61,167 nucleotides of DNA. Origin: Octopus bimaculoides. Its lineage: Eukaryota. Within the stretch, counting starts at the first letter, position 1. Each line of letters begins with the position of its first letter. The stretch covers positions 138,170,261 to 138,231,427 of the forward strand of contig NC_068983.1 in assembly GCF_001194135.2 (NCBI RefSeq). Reading direction: 5' to 3'. This document shows positions 24,782-36,612 of this stretch, piece after piece. A program made the translations under genes and the position numbers. The notes beneath the pieces were generated by a model that was given only the letters and a program-made list of their open reading frames with translations, made no database searches and had not been told where the DNA came from.

Positions 24782-27194
24782 TTTATTAAATGAAGCAGAA
24801 ATATCACAAAAACTGTTACTGGAATAGAATCAAATATAAAACTAGTGAAAATAGCTTTGTTTCATTGGTCCTTTCAACTAATGGTCTTAAGCATGCAGTG
24901 AACAAAATATATTCAGTATAAATTCCTCTTGTAAAATTGAAGAAAACCTTAAATCGAAGTACAGATTCTAAATACATCTGGTAAATAATTATATACAAAA
25001 TATAAATAAATTAATACATTAAAATTAAAATTAAAAATTTTCATGCTGTATTACATAAATATTTTTTCAGCAGCATACTAAGCCAGCTATAATACACATA
25101 TGTACACTAAAATATACACAGATGCATGTACATAGTTATATACATATATAGACATAAATATATACACACACATATACATATATGTACGCACACATTGCTC
25201 GCGCACAAAATCTCTTGGTGTATACATATGCAGGTCATTTATTATAGAAATAGGAAGTATACACTAAGTGTAGGGAGGAGGGAGAGAAAAGGAAAAGAAA
25301 AGCTAGCGAGAGAAAAGAGAAAAAGAGTATACTGTATGAAGACGCTATGCTTTAAGTAAGAAAAAAAAAAGGAAAAAAAAGAAAGAAGCTATCTCTCTTT
25401 TCTTTTCTTAATCGAAGTATCATTTCTGTTCCATTCTAACAAAACTGTCAGACGAAAGAGAACGTGAAACTCTGAGTAACAATTTTTGTGATATTTCTGC
25501 TGCTTTTAATACACTTTTTTCCACCTTGTTTCACATTTATGTGCTTACTCCGTTATATATATATATATATATNNNNNNNNNNNNNNNNNNNNNNNNNNNN
25601 NNNNNNNNNNNNNNNNNNNNNNNNNNNNNNNNNNNNNNNNNNNNNNNNNNNNNNNNNNNNNNNNNNNNNNNNNNNNNNNNNNNNNNNNNNNNNNNNNNNN
25701 NNNNNNNNNNNNNNNNNNNNNNNNNNNNNNNNNNNNNNNNNNNNNNNNNNNNNNNNNNNNNNNNNNNNNNNNNNNNNNNNNNNNNNNNNNNNNNNNNNNN
25801 NNNNNNNNNNNNNNNNNNNNNNNNNNNNNNNNNNNNNNNNNNNNNNNNNNNNNNNNNNNNNNNNNNNNNNNNNNNNNNNNNNNNNNNNNNNNNNNNNNNN
25901 NNNNNNNNNNNNNNNNNNNNNNNNNNNNNNNNNNNNNNNNNNNNNNNNNNNNNNNNNNNNNNNNNNNNNNNNNNNNNNNNNNNNNNNNNNNNNNNNNNNN
26001 NNNNNNNNNNNNNNNNNNNNNNNNNNNNNNNNNNNNNNNNNNNNNNNNNNNNNNNNNNNNNNNNNNNNNNNNNNNNNNNNNNNNNNNNNNNNNNNNNNNN
26101 NNNNNNNNNNNNNNNNNNNNNNNNNNNNNNNNNNNNNNNNNNNNNNNNNNNNNNNNNNNNNNNNNNNNNNNNNNNNNNNNNNNNNNNNNNNNNNNNNNNN
26201 NNNNNNNNNNNNNNNNNNNNNNNNNNNNNNNNNNNNNNNNNNNNNNNNNNNNNNNNNNNNNNNNNNNNNNNNNNNNNNNNNNNNNNNNNNNNNNNNNNNN
26301 NNNNNNNNNNNNNNNNNNNNNNNNNNNNNNNNNNNNNNNNNNNNNNNNNNNNNNNNNNNNNNNNNNNNNNNNNNNNNNNNNNNNNNNNNNNNNNNNNNNN
26401 NNNAAGAATGTACATATAAATATATGCTGTAGGTACGCATGCACATAAATATTTAGGTAGGTATGTGTAATTAAATGACGGGGACAAAATAATTTAGACA
26501 TTTACTTATGACAATATTCAATTGAAAAGCCTAGGAGCATTTTTGGCAAATAGAACAATTTGCATATATGCAGAGTTGGTTATATCAATTTTGTATTACT
26601 TATTACGTTATTTCTGTGACGCTGATAGATTTTTGGCACCATCGAAACTACCATATTATTTTTATTTCCTTCGTTCATTAGATTGATGACAATCATATGA
26701 ACGCTGGTTCTAGGAGCTTCTCTAAAATATTCAGTGAAAACAGACCCGATTTTGGCAGCTAGCGGAAATGCAAACTCTAGCCGTAGGCGTATATTATGTA
26801 AAAGTTACGTGCATGTGTACAAGTACGAATGCATATATACACATATACATGCATATAATTATATATACGTGTATACACATACATGTATATACTTGGATTC
26901 AGAGAATCAAGGAGAACTCACAGTAAGCACTCTCACGAGGAATCGGCTGTCTATTCCTAGATTATTTAAATTACATTATAATTTCATTTATCGATACAAC
27001 CGAAAACCAAGAATAGAAAGCAGCAAATGTCCTCATAAGCAGTAAAAATAATCATGAAATCAGAAGGTACGAGAAATGAATACAGACTTATTATTTTCAT
27101 ATGATTTCCATACGATCACAGCCGTTTCGTAATCTTCTCATTGTAGTATTATTAATTTTAATGCTCACATTCCAAAACAACACAGACATTTTAT

Positions 27195-27657
27195 ATCAAT
27201 ATCTTCTGAGATTTTTCAATCCAAACAAATCAGGTACATAACAGACTGGACATAGTGGTGGTGGATAAGGTTCACCACCTATGCTATATAGTTGGTGGTG
27301 CATGCCCCGTTTGACCCACGAATAATCAAGAACTGTAGGCGAAAAGGTAGATAGGTACCACCCTCTTAAGTACGGAATAGCTCGGTTAATAAAAATGAAG
27401 AATGTGAAGATAGTGCCAACTGTTATTGTATCTTTGGGAACTGTATCAGAAGGCATCAAAGGGAATATAAAGGAAATTGGAATACAGTACCCAGTAGAAC
27501 TGTTACAAAAGGTTCGCCTCCTTAGCACGGCCAGAATAAGCAGGAAAGTATTAAATAGCTGAAAAGGACGAATAGCATGGTACCGTAGGCTGCAGGTAGT
27601 AAGCCCGCTACACATGCTATACTCCAAGAATTCCAACAAAACCCGTGATAAGGAGAA

Positions 27658-27740
<83 letters not shown>
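27195..27740 (+). mobile_element. R4/Dong-like (REL endonuclease) LINE 3' end with (AAT)n tail, copy A
   Basis: IF*DFSIQTNQ..NRLDIVVVDKVHHLCYIV..ACPFDPRII...KVDRYHPLKYGIARL.KMKNVKIVP.VI.SLGTV...ELLQKVRLLSTARISRKVLNS*: the PD..D/E-K REL nuclease C-terminus, followed by a 3' UTR and (AAT)n from 27658. Confidence 0.85.
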
Positions 27741-27741
<1 letters not shown>

Positions 27742-27867
27742 TATTATTATTATTATTATTTGCATATATATTCTTTTACCTTCTGTGGTTTTTTTGTAAG
27801 CGTATTCTCTGTATGTTGAAAGGGCATGGTCATATATAAATATAAATGAGTATATATAAATATACTC

Positions 27868-28150
27868 AAACAATTCCTATCATAGTAGGTGCCTTAGGTA
27901 TAATAAAAAAATATTCAGACAAATACATAACAAAAACACCAGGACTTACAAATATATATAACATACAGAAAATTGCACTACTGGGTACTGCACACATTCT
28001 ACGCAAAACACTTTCAATACAGTAAACATAAGAGCACCACAGCAAACCACAGCACATACCCAAGGCGCACAGAGCTGCGCTCGGTAGTGAAGTGAAAGCA
28101 CGTTATAAAAATAAAACTACTGAATAATAATAATAATAATAACAATAATA
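27868..28150 (+). mobile_element. R4/Dong-like LINE 3' end with (AAT)n tail, copy B
   Basis: TIPIIVGALGIIKKYSDKYITKTPGLTNIYNIQKIALLGTAHILRKTLSIQ*, the typical REL-LINE terminus, then a 3' UTR and (AAT)n at 28123-28150. Confidence 0.85.
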
Positions 28151-28154
28151 TTAA

Positions 28155-28380
28155 TAGCATGATAGCATGGTAGATTCCCAAAGATAGTTGCAGCCAATAG
28201 TAGTACTGAGACATAGCTGTGGTTGCAGAAAGGAAGACTGAAAAGCGAGACAGAAAGTTTGTTACTAGCAGCGTAAGATCAAGCATTAAGGATTAATTGG
28301 ATAAAAGCCAATATAGACAAAAAACTAGTGGATTCCCAATGTAGGTTATGCGAATCAGAAGAGGAATGTGTTACTCACAC
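28155..28380 (+). mobile_element. R4/Dong-like LINE internal fragment (pre-CCHC region), copy C
   Basis: HGRFPKIV...WLQKGRLK.ETESLLLAA*DQALR.NWIKANIDK...DSQCRLCESEEECVTH. The DNA is homologous to the minus strand of 57830-57975. Confidence 0.8.
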
Positions 28381-28439
28381 TGATACAGGAGGACCTTTAG
28401 AGATAATCAAGAAACCCCACCGTCCAAGATCTCCCTGAA

Positions 28440-28830
28440 CACCAAAGGCAAGTGCCTTCCCTAATTCCCTTTCTCCGACTCACAAGTCTACACTTAGAGA
28501 AGTACCATCCACTCTTGTCATTATCACAGCTTTCACTCGGCTTTCAAAAATCTCACTCGAGGACAGTACTTTCTTCTCCACCCTTAATTTACTTCGATGA
28601 AGCCTCTACCAAAGAGAAATGTATCAGTCCTCATGCCTTTCAACCAAATCCACCAGACAGCCTCTTTCGCCACAGTCACCAGGCAAAGGAAAACTGCCTT
28701 ACCTGCCCGATTAAAAGAGGACGGCGGGGCAATCATTACTATGGACCCGGCCGATAGACGGATCTGTCCCACACGTGACAACATAACCCCACAAGTCAAC
28801 AATGCCCTGGACGCTGAGCGAGTGCGAGAA
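28440..28830 (+). mobile_element. Penelope-like RT N-terminal relic
   Basis: SLSPTHKSTL (cf. LS..EKSVLSKG) and KTAL..RL...DGGAIITMDPAD (cf. PADKGGAIV.MD..DY). Frameshifted. Confidence 0.5.
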
Positions 28831-29507
28831 ATGTAAATTGATTCCTCATTCCTTAAGTCTACATCATTTTAATTTAGTAGCTTACACTATTGGCTTGTTT
28901 TGGTATATCATGGTGATGAGGGAACAAAATAACATCCTTACTGGCAGATAGCTTGCATACCATTTCGAGGTGGGAGACTTCTATGAATTAATTCTGGGTA
29001 AAGCGGTATCAGATTACATACCGAAGACTAGACTGTTGTAGTCAGACGACCTAATGATCTTAGAGAAGATACCATCAATTAAGAGACAAAGAACTTTGCA
29101 GACACAAAGGTAAGTTATATTATATATTATTTATTTATTTAGTTAATTGATTATGTCCCCTTTTATTCTATTGTTCTCTTCAGTACCCTTGTGTCGGCCA
29201 GTTTGAATTTATGGTTTACAATGTGCTCGTACTTATATTTTGATTTAAGTGTGAAATGATTATAACATCATCAACACACGGAATATATTCTGTGAAATAA
29301 AGTTCGATTTAGCAAATCATTCGTATATGTACTTGACACTTATCAGTATTACTGAGATAATACTGATATGATGTATTGCTTCATAAATTATGTAATATTT
29401 CACCAATAATCTTCTGGTAACGTGGCAATTGTAGCATTATGCAATAAAACGTGTTTCTCAATCCATATATGTATGTGTGTATGTTTATATGTATGTGTGT
29501 GTATGTA

Positions 29508-29600
<93 letters not shown>
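29508..29600. repeat. (TATC)n/(TC)n microsatellite
   Basis: Direct observation; runs into a gap. Confidence 0.95.
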
Positions 29601-30120
29601 NNNNNNNNNNNNNNNNNNNNNNNNNNNNNNNNNNNNNNNNNNNNNNNNNNNNNNNNNNNNNNNNNNNNNNNNNNNNNNNNNNNNNNNNNNNNNNNNNNNN
29701 NNNNNNNNNNNNNNNNNNNNNNNNNNNNNNNNNNNNNNNNNNNNNNNNNNNNNNNNNNNNNNNNNNNNNNNNNNNNNNNNNNNNNNNNNNNNNNNNNNNN
29801 NNNNNNNNNNNNNNNNNNNNNNNNNNNNNNNNNNNNNNNNNNNNNNNNNNNNNNNNNNNNNNNNNNNNNNNNNNNNNNNNNNNNNNNNNNNNNNNNNNNN
29901 NNNNNNNNNNNNNNNNNNNNNNNNNNNNNNNNNNNNNNNNNNNNNNNNNNNNNNNNNNNNNNNNNNNNNNNNNNNNNNNNNNNNNNNNNNNNNNNNNNNN
30001 NNNNNNNNNNNNNNNNNNNNNNNNNNNNNNNNNNNNNNNNNNNNNNNNNNNNNNNNNNNNNNNNNNNNNNNNNNNNNNNNNNNNNNNNNNNNNNNNTATA
30101 TATATATATAATATATATAT

Positions 30121-31120
30121 ATAACAATTTTGTACATTGCGCAAATCGTATTTACTCACCTTTAAAATATTCCCCTTGGGAGTTCAGACGCTTCTTCCAG
30201 TGGTTCTGATACTGCTGGTGACACCTTTAGAACGTTTTCTCTGGAATGCTATGGAACTCCACCGTCGATTTTTTTACAATTTTTTCTCACGATTCAAACA
30301 AATCGCTTCCCTTTCAGCGTGATTTTCAATTTTGGGAAGAGTCAGAAGTTCCCCGGTGTTACGTCGGGTGACTAAGGAGCCTGTCGAAGAAGTGGTGTAT
30401 TGTTCTTGACCAGGAAAGCCTAGATTGCGAGGTGCGTTGAAATAGCATCCGATTTTATTTTTCGCTGATACTCTCCGTTAAAATGGAATGCACTGACTCT
30501 GCAGAAACTATAAACCCATGTCTCATCAACAATGATGATAGTCTTCATAAACTCTGGGTTGTGGATTGCACAGTTCAGCATGTCTTCAACGATTTCTATG
30601 CGTATTTGCTTCTACTGCTCCGCCAGCATATGGGGACCGCTTTTGCCGACACTTCCCACATACAGAAATCCTCCTTTAAAATGAAATGCACTGATCTTAT
30701 GCATATTCCCACTTAACGAGAAATTTCCTGGATTGTTACAATAAGGTCTTCCATGACTTCTCACCGAACCTTCTCGATTAGCTCCTCGTTTCGCCTTGTA
30801 GACGGCCTGCCTGAGTGTGTCACGCCTTCAACTGAAGTGCGGTCATATTTGAAACGGTTGTACCACTCCTTTGATCCGAGTTTGTTTCAAGCATCATCAC
30901 CAAAAAACCTGCGGAATCTTCTGGATTGTTTGAGCTTGAGCATCACGAAGCTTTTGGGAAAACTTGATGCAATATTTTTGCTCGATTCGTTCGGCGGGAG
31001 AGAAAATCCGACGAGCGCGCACTACTTGTCTGTACCCTAAGAGTAGGGAACTGACGCTGCCTATCGGTGGGAAAATTTACCTCTTCAGGATATTACCGTG
31101 AATTTTTTTAGAGACACTTT
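30121..31120 (-). mobile_element. Mariner element, internally deleted
   Basis: Minus strand: RIEQKYCIKFSQKL...KEWYNRFKYDRTSVEGVTHSGRPSTRRNEELIEKVR.EVMEDLIVTIQEIS...VSAKAVP and AP*SPDVTPGNF*LFPKLKITLKGKRF...NHWKKRLNSQGEYFKGE* (YSPDLAP.DF.LFPKLK motif). TIR-like sequence at ~31091-31120. Confidence 0.9.
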
Positions 31121-31646
31121 CAAATTTATCAGAATATCGGACTGATGATTTTGGAATAGGGATTTTTCATTCTCTTAACCATGAAACGATCGTATCCGAT
31201 TAACTAAAGACTTGTTTTGTTTATGCTTTCCCCTCCGGTTTTTTGTTCTATGTGTGCCATAAATATCGCCATCCATTTAGAGAAAAAATTGTAGTTTAGA
31301 ATCAGTAGTTCTTTGACTGCTATTTCTAAATTTTCAGTATGTTGGAGAAGCAACTCAATGCTAATCCCCGTATATTTATGATGATANNNNNNNNNNNNNN
31401 NNNNNNNNNNNNNNNNNNNNNNNNNNNNNNNNNNNNNNNNNNNNNNNNNNNNNNNNNNNNNNNNNNNNNNNNNNNNNNNNNNNNNNNNNNNNNNNNNNNN
31501 NNNNNNNNNNNNNNNNNNNNNNNNNNNNNNNNNNNNNNNNNNNNNNNNNNNNNNNNNNNNNNNNNNNNNNNNNNNNNNNNNNNNNNNNNNNNNNNNNNNN
31601 NNNNNNNNNNNNNNNNNNNNNNNNNNNNNNNNNNNNNNNNNNNNNN

Positions 31647-31695
<49 letters not shown>

Positions 31696-31769
31696 CGTAT
31701 ATGTATAAAAATTCATATCAACGCAGACATAAATATATAATTGTTTCATTAGAAATACACTATATCAAC

Positions 31770-32600
31770 TCTGGTGTAACCCAGGGGTAACTTCTTTCTT
31801 ACCCCACTATTTCTGTATAACAATAACCTACTTGCTGTCATATTCAAAACTCCCATTCTTACGTAAATGACACCGTTCTTTATCCGAAACTAAACTTTTG
31901 TTCTAAGCTTCATCCAAATGCAATATCAACTCTTCCCGCCAAATATACACTGACTCCATGAGCACGGCTCTTGAAAACATCCTCCAATGGGGTCAAGTCA
32001 ATAATGTTTCTTTGTAAACGAAATCCAAATTCAAATACTTCTCATATCAAGAAGACATCATTACACCTCAATCACCCTTAAAATATGAACAGCGCACAAC
32101 TATTGCCCTTATTTCAAATACTAGCTTTAATAATCACTGATGATCTCTTACAATTGACGTGCTTCCTTAACTGCATCGTAAACACTAGTATTTGTCTTCA
32201 AAGCTAGATAATACACAAACACTAACATCTATAAAGCTCACAATAAAGTATTTTTACGATGGTGCTGCTTCTGCATACCGGGACAGTCAAAATTGCATCC
32301 GGAGAAAGGCCACAAGAATGCAGAGAACTACAATTACAATCCTGCGTCTGGTCAGCAGGTATACTGTCTCCTCTCTACGTTTGTTTCTTGTATTGTTATA
32401 TTATGGTCACTATTCCTCGGAGGTGGCTCTTCAGGTGTCATCGCTAATCACACATTCTAATACGTCACCTCCCGTAGAAATTCCTTCTCTCTACATTTAT
32501 TCCGTAGTCGACTTGCAACAGTTTAAAAGCAAGACCCTAACACAATTAATCTCACAGACAGCCTTCGGAGTGTCTGTAAATTTCATGGGCTCTGAACCTT
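31770..32600 (+). mobile_element. CR1-like LINE RT C-terminal half and 3' end
   Basis: SGVTQG (cf. SGVPQGSVL) ... LTSIKLT..Y..DGAASAY..LNCIRRKATRM...RYTVSSLRLF..YYGHYSSE...DLQQFKS. Decayed. Confidence 0.75.
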
Positions 32601-32833
32601 CCTCCCAGACGTCACAAATAATAAAAATCAGTCTTTTGCACAGTTTTCTTCCCACTCCAGTCAAATTTTTCACCCGCTCGTAGTCTTTTAAGACTAGCCC
32701 TTTTGGTCTATTTGATACTGAACCGATAATTTTGTTCATAACCAATGATTTAATTCCAAACTGTCACATCAGCCATCTCTCTTCTGTCTGAGACAGATTA
32801 TATATTTTAGTAGAATAATATACTAAAGCTATG

Positions 32834-32898
32834 CACATACATACATACATACATACATTCATACATACATACATACATACATACATACATACATACAT
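32834..32898. repeat. (TACA)n microsatellite
   Basis: Direct observation. Confidence 0.95.
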
Positions 32899-33344
32899 CT
32901 AAGCGATAACTTTCCCATTTCTGCTACATCCACCACTATTAAGCTTTTCTCTGTTATCAATGTTATTATTAGACATGTTTTTCACAAACATACATTTTAC
33001 TTTATATCACTGTCATCTTCGTATTTGATTACACATTATAATAAAATTATTGCTTATATTTCATGACGATAGCTTTAATTACATATACGCATGAATCCTA
33101 TATAGACATATACAAAGACACGTAAGCGCACGTAGAATGTAAAATGCAGATAAATAACTTACTTTAAAGGTGCACACATGCAAGCACAACACATATACGG
33201 AAACATACAAACACAAACACACAAATAGGCATTTAGACAAACGGATATTCACAGAGATTTATATATACACACACACGCACACACACATTCACACACGCAT
33301 ACATATATTGAGAGAGTTAAATAGAAAGATGTGGGTAGACACAC

Positions 33345-33397
<53 letters not shown>

Positions 33398-33499
33398 CAT
33401 ACATACACAGAAGTTCTTCCACCAGTGATGCAATATTGGGTATAACCTTCTAATAACTGATATAGGTTTTTCCAGTCGCACTTTTAACACACCTTTCAT

Positions 33500-34510
33500 A
33501 CAAAGATACTACACAACATGGTTTCTATAACAAGTGATGCATTACCGCCATCATTGAGCCCAACTCTCGAATTCTCTTCGAAACTCTTCAGGTGGAACTG
33601 TTGTAACCTCTTCTTCACTCCCAACGCTTCTTCATACACAACATACCCAACTCGTCCATACCATCAAAACTTTGTCCTCGAAAACTCTCCTCCGTTGGAA
33701 GGAACAACAACTGGATGTTTGGGAGGGTACTAGATCCGAAGAGTGTCCCAGTTTGTCAATTGCCTCATTTGTTGCCAAAACGCGTGTGCATGCTCGTAGT
33801 GATGATGATTGTGGATCGTTTTCAGATGCTTTTTCGGTCTCATCACCCTAACTAAAAGCTTCTCTAAACATATTTTAGTGCATCAACGCAGAGGATAGTG
33901 ATCACTTTATCATCCGCCAAAGCAATTACCATGTATTTCTCTGCTGCTTGCAGACGTTTGAACGTCTCAGTCCTTGGAGCAGAAGTATGACGTCATTACA
34001 TGGACTGAGTCTTTAGTTGTGGATCCTAAACATATGCCCACATTTCATCTTCTGCAATCAGATCAGAAAACAAACATGTTTTAATTAACTCCAAACACTT
34101 CCAGCAGATCAGAGCAGACTTCCACCCTTTTCTCCTCCAAATCGGGAGTTAGCTGCAGAAGTGCTTATTTGCACAAATTATCCTGTACCCTAAGTCTTTC
34201 ACCATACACTACAATGCATTGTAATCTCATTCAACTTGTGCAATAAGCTCATGGATTGTGAGTCATCTGTCCGCACGAATCAATTCGTTTACTCGCTGGG
34301 GGTTTGTATCAATAGTTGCAATTAATTATCTCCCACGGAGCGGTTTGTCTTCAATGTTGCTTCACCCAGCATAAACCTTCGTCATCCATCTGGAACAGAG
34401 ATTTTGGTCCATGGTGTCATGTCCGTGAATACTTTTTAAGCTTCTGTAGATGTCGGACAATCAGGGCCACTTCATAATCAAGCATACAAAGCACCCTGAG
34501 CTCTTGACGG
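33500..34510 (-). mobile_element. Mariner transposase relic, nearly full coding span
   Basis: Minus strand: NIEDKPLRGR...QRVNELIRADR*LTIHEL...KDLGYRIICA...LTPDLEEKRVEVCSDLL...IAEDEMWAYV*DPQLKTQSM*.RHTSAPRT..FKRLQAA.KYMV (ITGDE.W and P..K.QS.EW motifs). Many stops. Confidence 0.85.
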
Positions 34511-34858
34511 TACGTTGTTGGGATTGAAACCAATTATTTCACGGCAATGAAGAACAGAATAAAGAGTTTCTACAAAGGAAGATTTACGCTATTAGCGTGC
34601 TATTTCAACCATCTACATGAGAAACTAAAAATGTTAAACGGGTCGATGCGGAAACAGCATCGGCCCGTTTAGAAATAGTAGCTAAATCCCTAATATACAA
34701 CTGCGAAAAGGCACCAAATAACAGAAAAACAACAGTAGGCGAGGAAACGGTAAAAGAATCAAGACATCATCGAACCATACCTTTAACGAATATGCCTTTC
34801 AGATACTCATATACCTGGTTTCGTGAATCTCAACCTTCATCAGTATGAGTCACTGGTG

Positions 34859-34926
34859 AAAATACTCAGTGGTGCAAATACTCAGTGGTGCAAATACTCA
34901 GTGGTGCAAAATACTCAGTGGTGCAA
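34859..34926. repeat. Minisatellite: four copies of the 16-bp unit AAATACTCAGTGGTGC
   Basis: Direct observation; one unit has an extra A. Confidence 0.95.
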
Positions 34927-35136
34927 TATATATATATATATAAGCAAAAAACATTCAGGCATTTACGCTCGAAATAAGATGTCACTACTTTTAATATCAT
35001 CTACGGTAAATATTTTTAAATGATATTAACAGTAATAACATAAGCGGTTGAACAGGTCAAATAGCATTAAATAGCTATAAAATTTGAAATTAGCACGAGA
35101 CACAAGGATTCGGAAGCAGCATATACACATATACAT

Positions 35137-35370
35137 ACGTGGAGGCGCCTGGCTTAGTGGCTAGACTGCACTCATGATCGTAAGATTGTAGTTTCGATTC
35201 CTTGACTGGGCGATGCATTGTCTTCATTTCATGTTGCTGAAGTCCATTCAGCTGGCAAAAATGAATAATCCTGCAACGGACTGTTGTCTCAACTAGGAGG
35301 CGAATATATACAACACATAATCCAAGAAACCGGCCATATACGCCTGTTGTTCGAGAATGACCTTTGATGC
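35137..35370 (+). mobile_element. tRNA-derived SINE, family C
   Basis: GAGGCGCCTGGCTTAGTGGCTAG (A-box), GTTTCGATTCC (B-box), then TTTCATGTTGCTGAAGTCCATTCAGCTGGCAAAAATGA. A diverged inverted homologue lies at ~38400-38560. Confidence 0.8.
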
Positions 35371-35397
35371 TTTTGATACATATGTACACAGACACGC

Positions 35398-35398
<1 letters not shown>

Positions 35399-35461
<63 letters not shown>

Positions 35462-35596
35462 NNNNNNNNNNNNNNNNNNNNNNNNNNNNNNNNNNNNNNN
35501 NNNNNNNNNNNNNNNNNNNNNNNNNNNNNNNNNNNNNNNNNNNNNNNNNNNNNNNNNNNNNNNNNNNNNNNACACACACACACACACACACACACG
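35399..35596. repeat. (CA)n microsatellite spanning a gap
   Basis: Direct observation. Confidence 0.95.
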
Positions 35597-36022
35597 TATA
35601 TACACACAGAAGCGTAGACACATGTACATGCATACAATCTTGAGAGATTAGCTTTTTCAAAATCAGAAAGGAGAAAGCAAATTCGAAGACTACAGATAAA
35701 AATGTGTAAAACTTTCCAGAAGTTTATCATTTAATTATATATGAGCATGTCTAGATATGCAATTATATGCACGAGAATACATACATAAAATAAAACATAC
35801 AAATCTGGACAGATAGATAGATAGATAGATACATACAAACATACATACATACATATATACAAAAATACCTTGTTGATATTTTCTGTTCACTGAAAATGGC
35901 AGCCGAAACAGTTGTCATGCTTCAAACGGCTTACAAGGGCGCTGCCGTGAGCAAAAAACACAAGTTTACAAGTTTATGATATTTAAATAATGGTCACCTG
36001 CCGCTTGAAGACCAACCTTGTT

Positions 36023-36250
36023 TTTTTATTGCCCACAAGACGCTAAACATAGAGGGGACAGACAAGGACAGACAAACGGATTAAGTCGATTATATCGACC
36101 CCAGTGCGTAGCTGGTACTTAATTTATCGACCTCAAAAGGATGAAAGGCGAAGTCGACCTCGGCGGAATTTGAACTCAGAACGTAACGGCAGACGAAATA
36201 CCGTTAAGCATTTCGCCCGGCGCGCTAACGACTCTGCCAGATCTCCACCT
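36023..36250 (-). mobile_element. SINE family A, full length with target-site duplication
   Basis: Minus-strand head GGTGGAGATCTGGCAGAGTCGTTAGCGCGCCGGGCGAAATGC, B-box GAGTTCAAATTCC and an A-rich tail. Flanked by the direct repeat GAAGACCAACCTTGTT at 36007-36022 and 36252-36267. Confidence 0.92.
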
Positions 36251-36612
36251 GGAAGACCAACCTTGTTCAGGGCCATTGGTGATCTCCCGAACGAATGATA
36301 ACAACGCGAGAGTTCATGAACTGATCTTGGAGGACCTTCGCCGAATAATTGAGGAACTTGTTGATATGATTGGTGTATACTGAAAATCCTGTTAACAAAG
36401 CGTTGTTTTCATTCGTTCGGGAGATCACCAATGGCCCTGAACAAGGTTGGTCTTCAAGGTGGAGATCTGGCAGAGTCGTTAGCGCGCCGGGCGAAATGCT
36501 TAACGGTATTTCGTCTGCCGTTACGTTCTGAGTTCAAATTCCGCCGAGGTCGACTTCGCCTTTCATCCTTTTGAGGTCGATAAATTAAGTACCAGCTACG
36601 CACTGGGGTCGA
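36095..36612. repeat. 213-bp near-perfect inverted duplication (arms 36095-36307 and 36400-36612)
   Basis: Base-by-base comparison shows 2 mismatches (at 36251 and 36299). Spacer is 92 nt. Confidence 0.97.

Noticed and set aside
34859-34926. CRISPR-like appearance of the repeated 16-mer
   Set aside because: The units are contiguous with no spacers, there are no cas genes, and the context is eukaryotic.
35137-35210. tRNA gene-like A/B boxes here and in other SINE heads
   Set aside because: No complete cloverleaf is present and the sequence continues into SINE bodies, so these are tRNA-derived SINE heads rather than tRNA genes.
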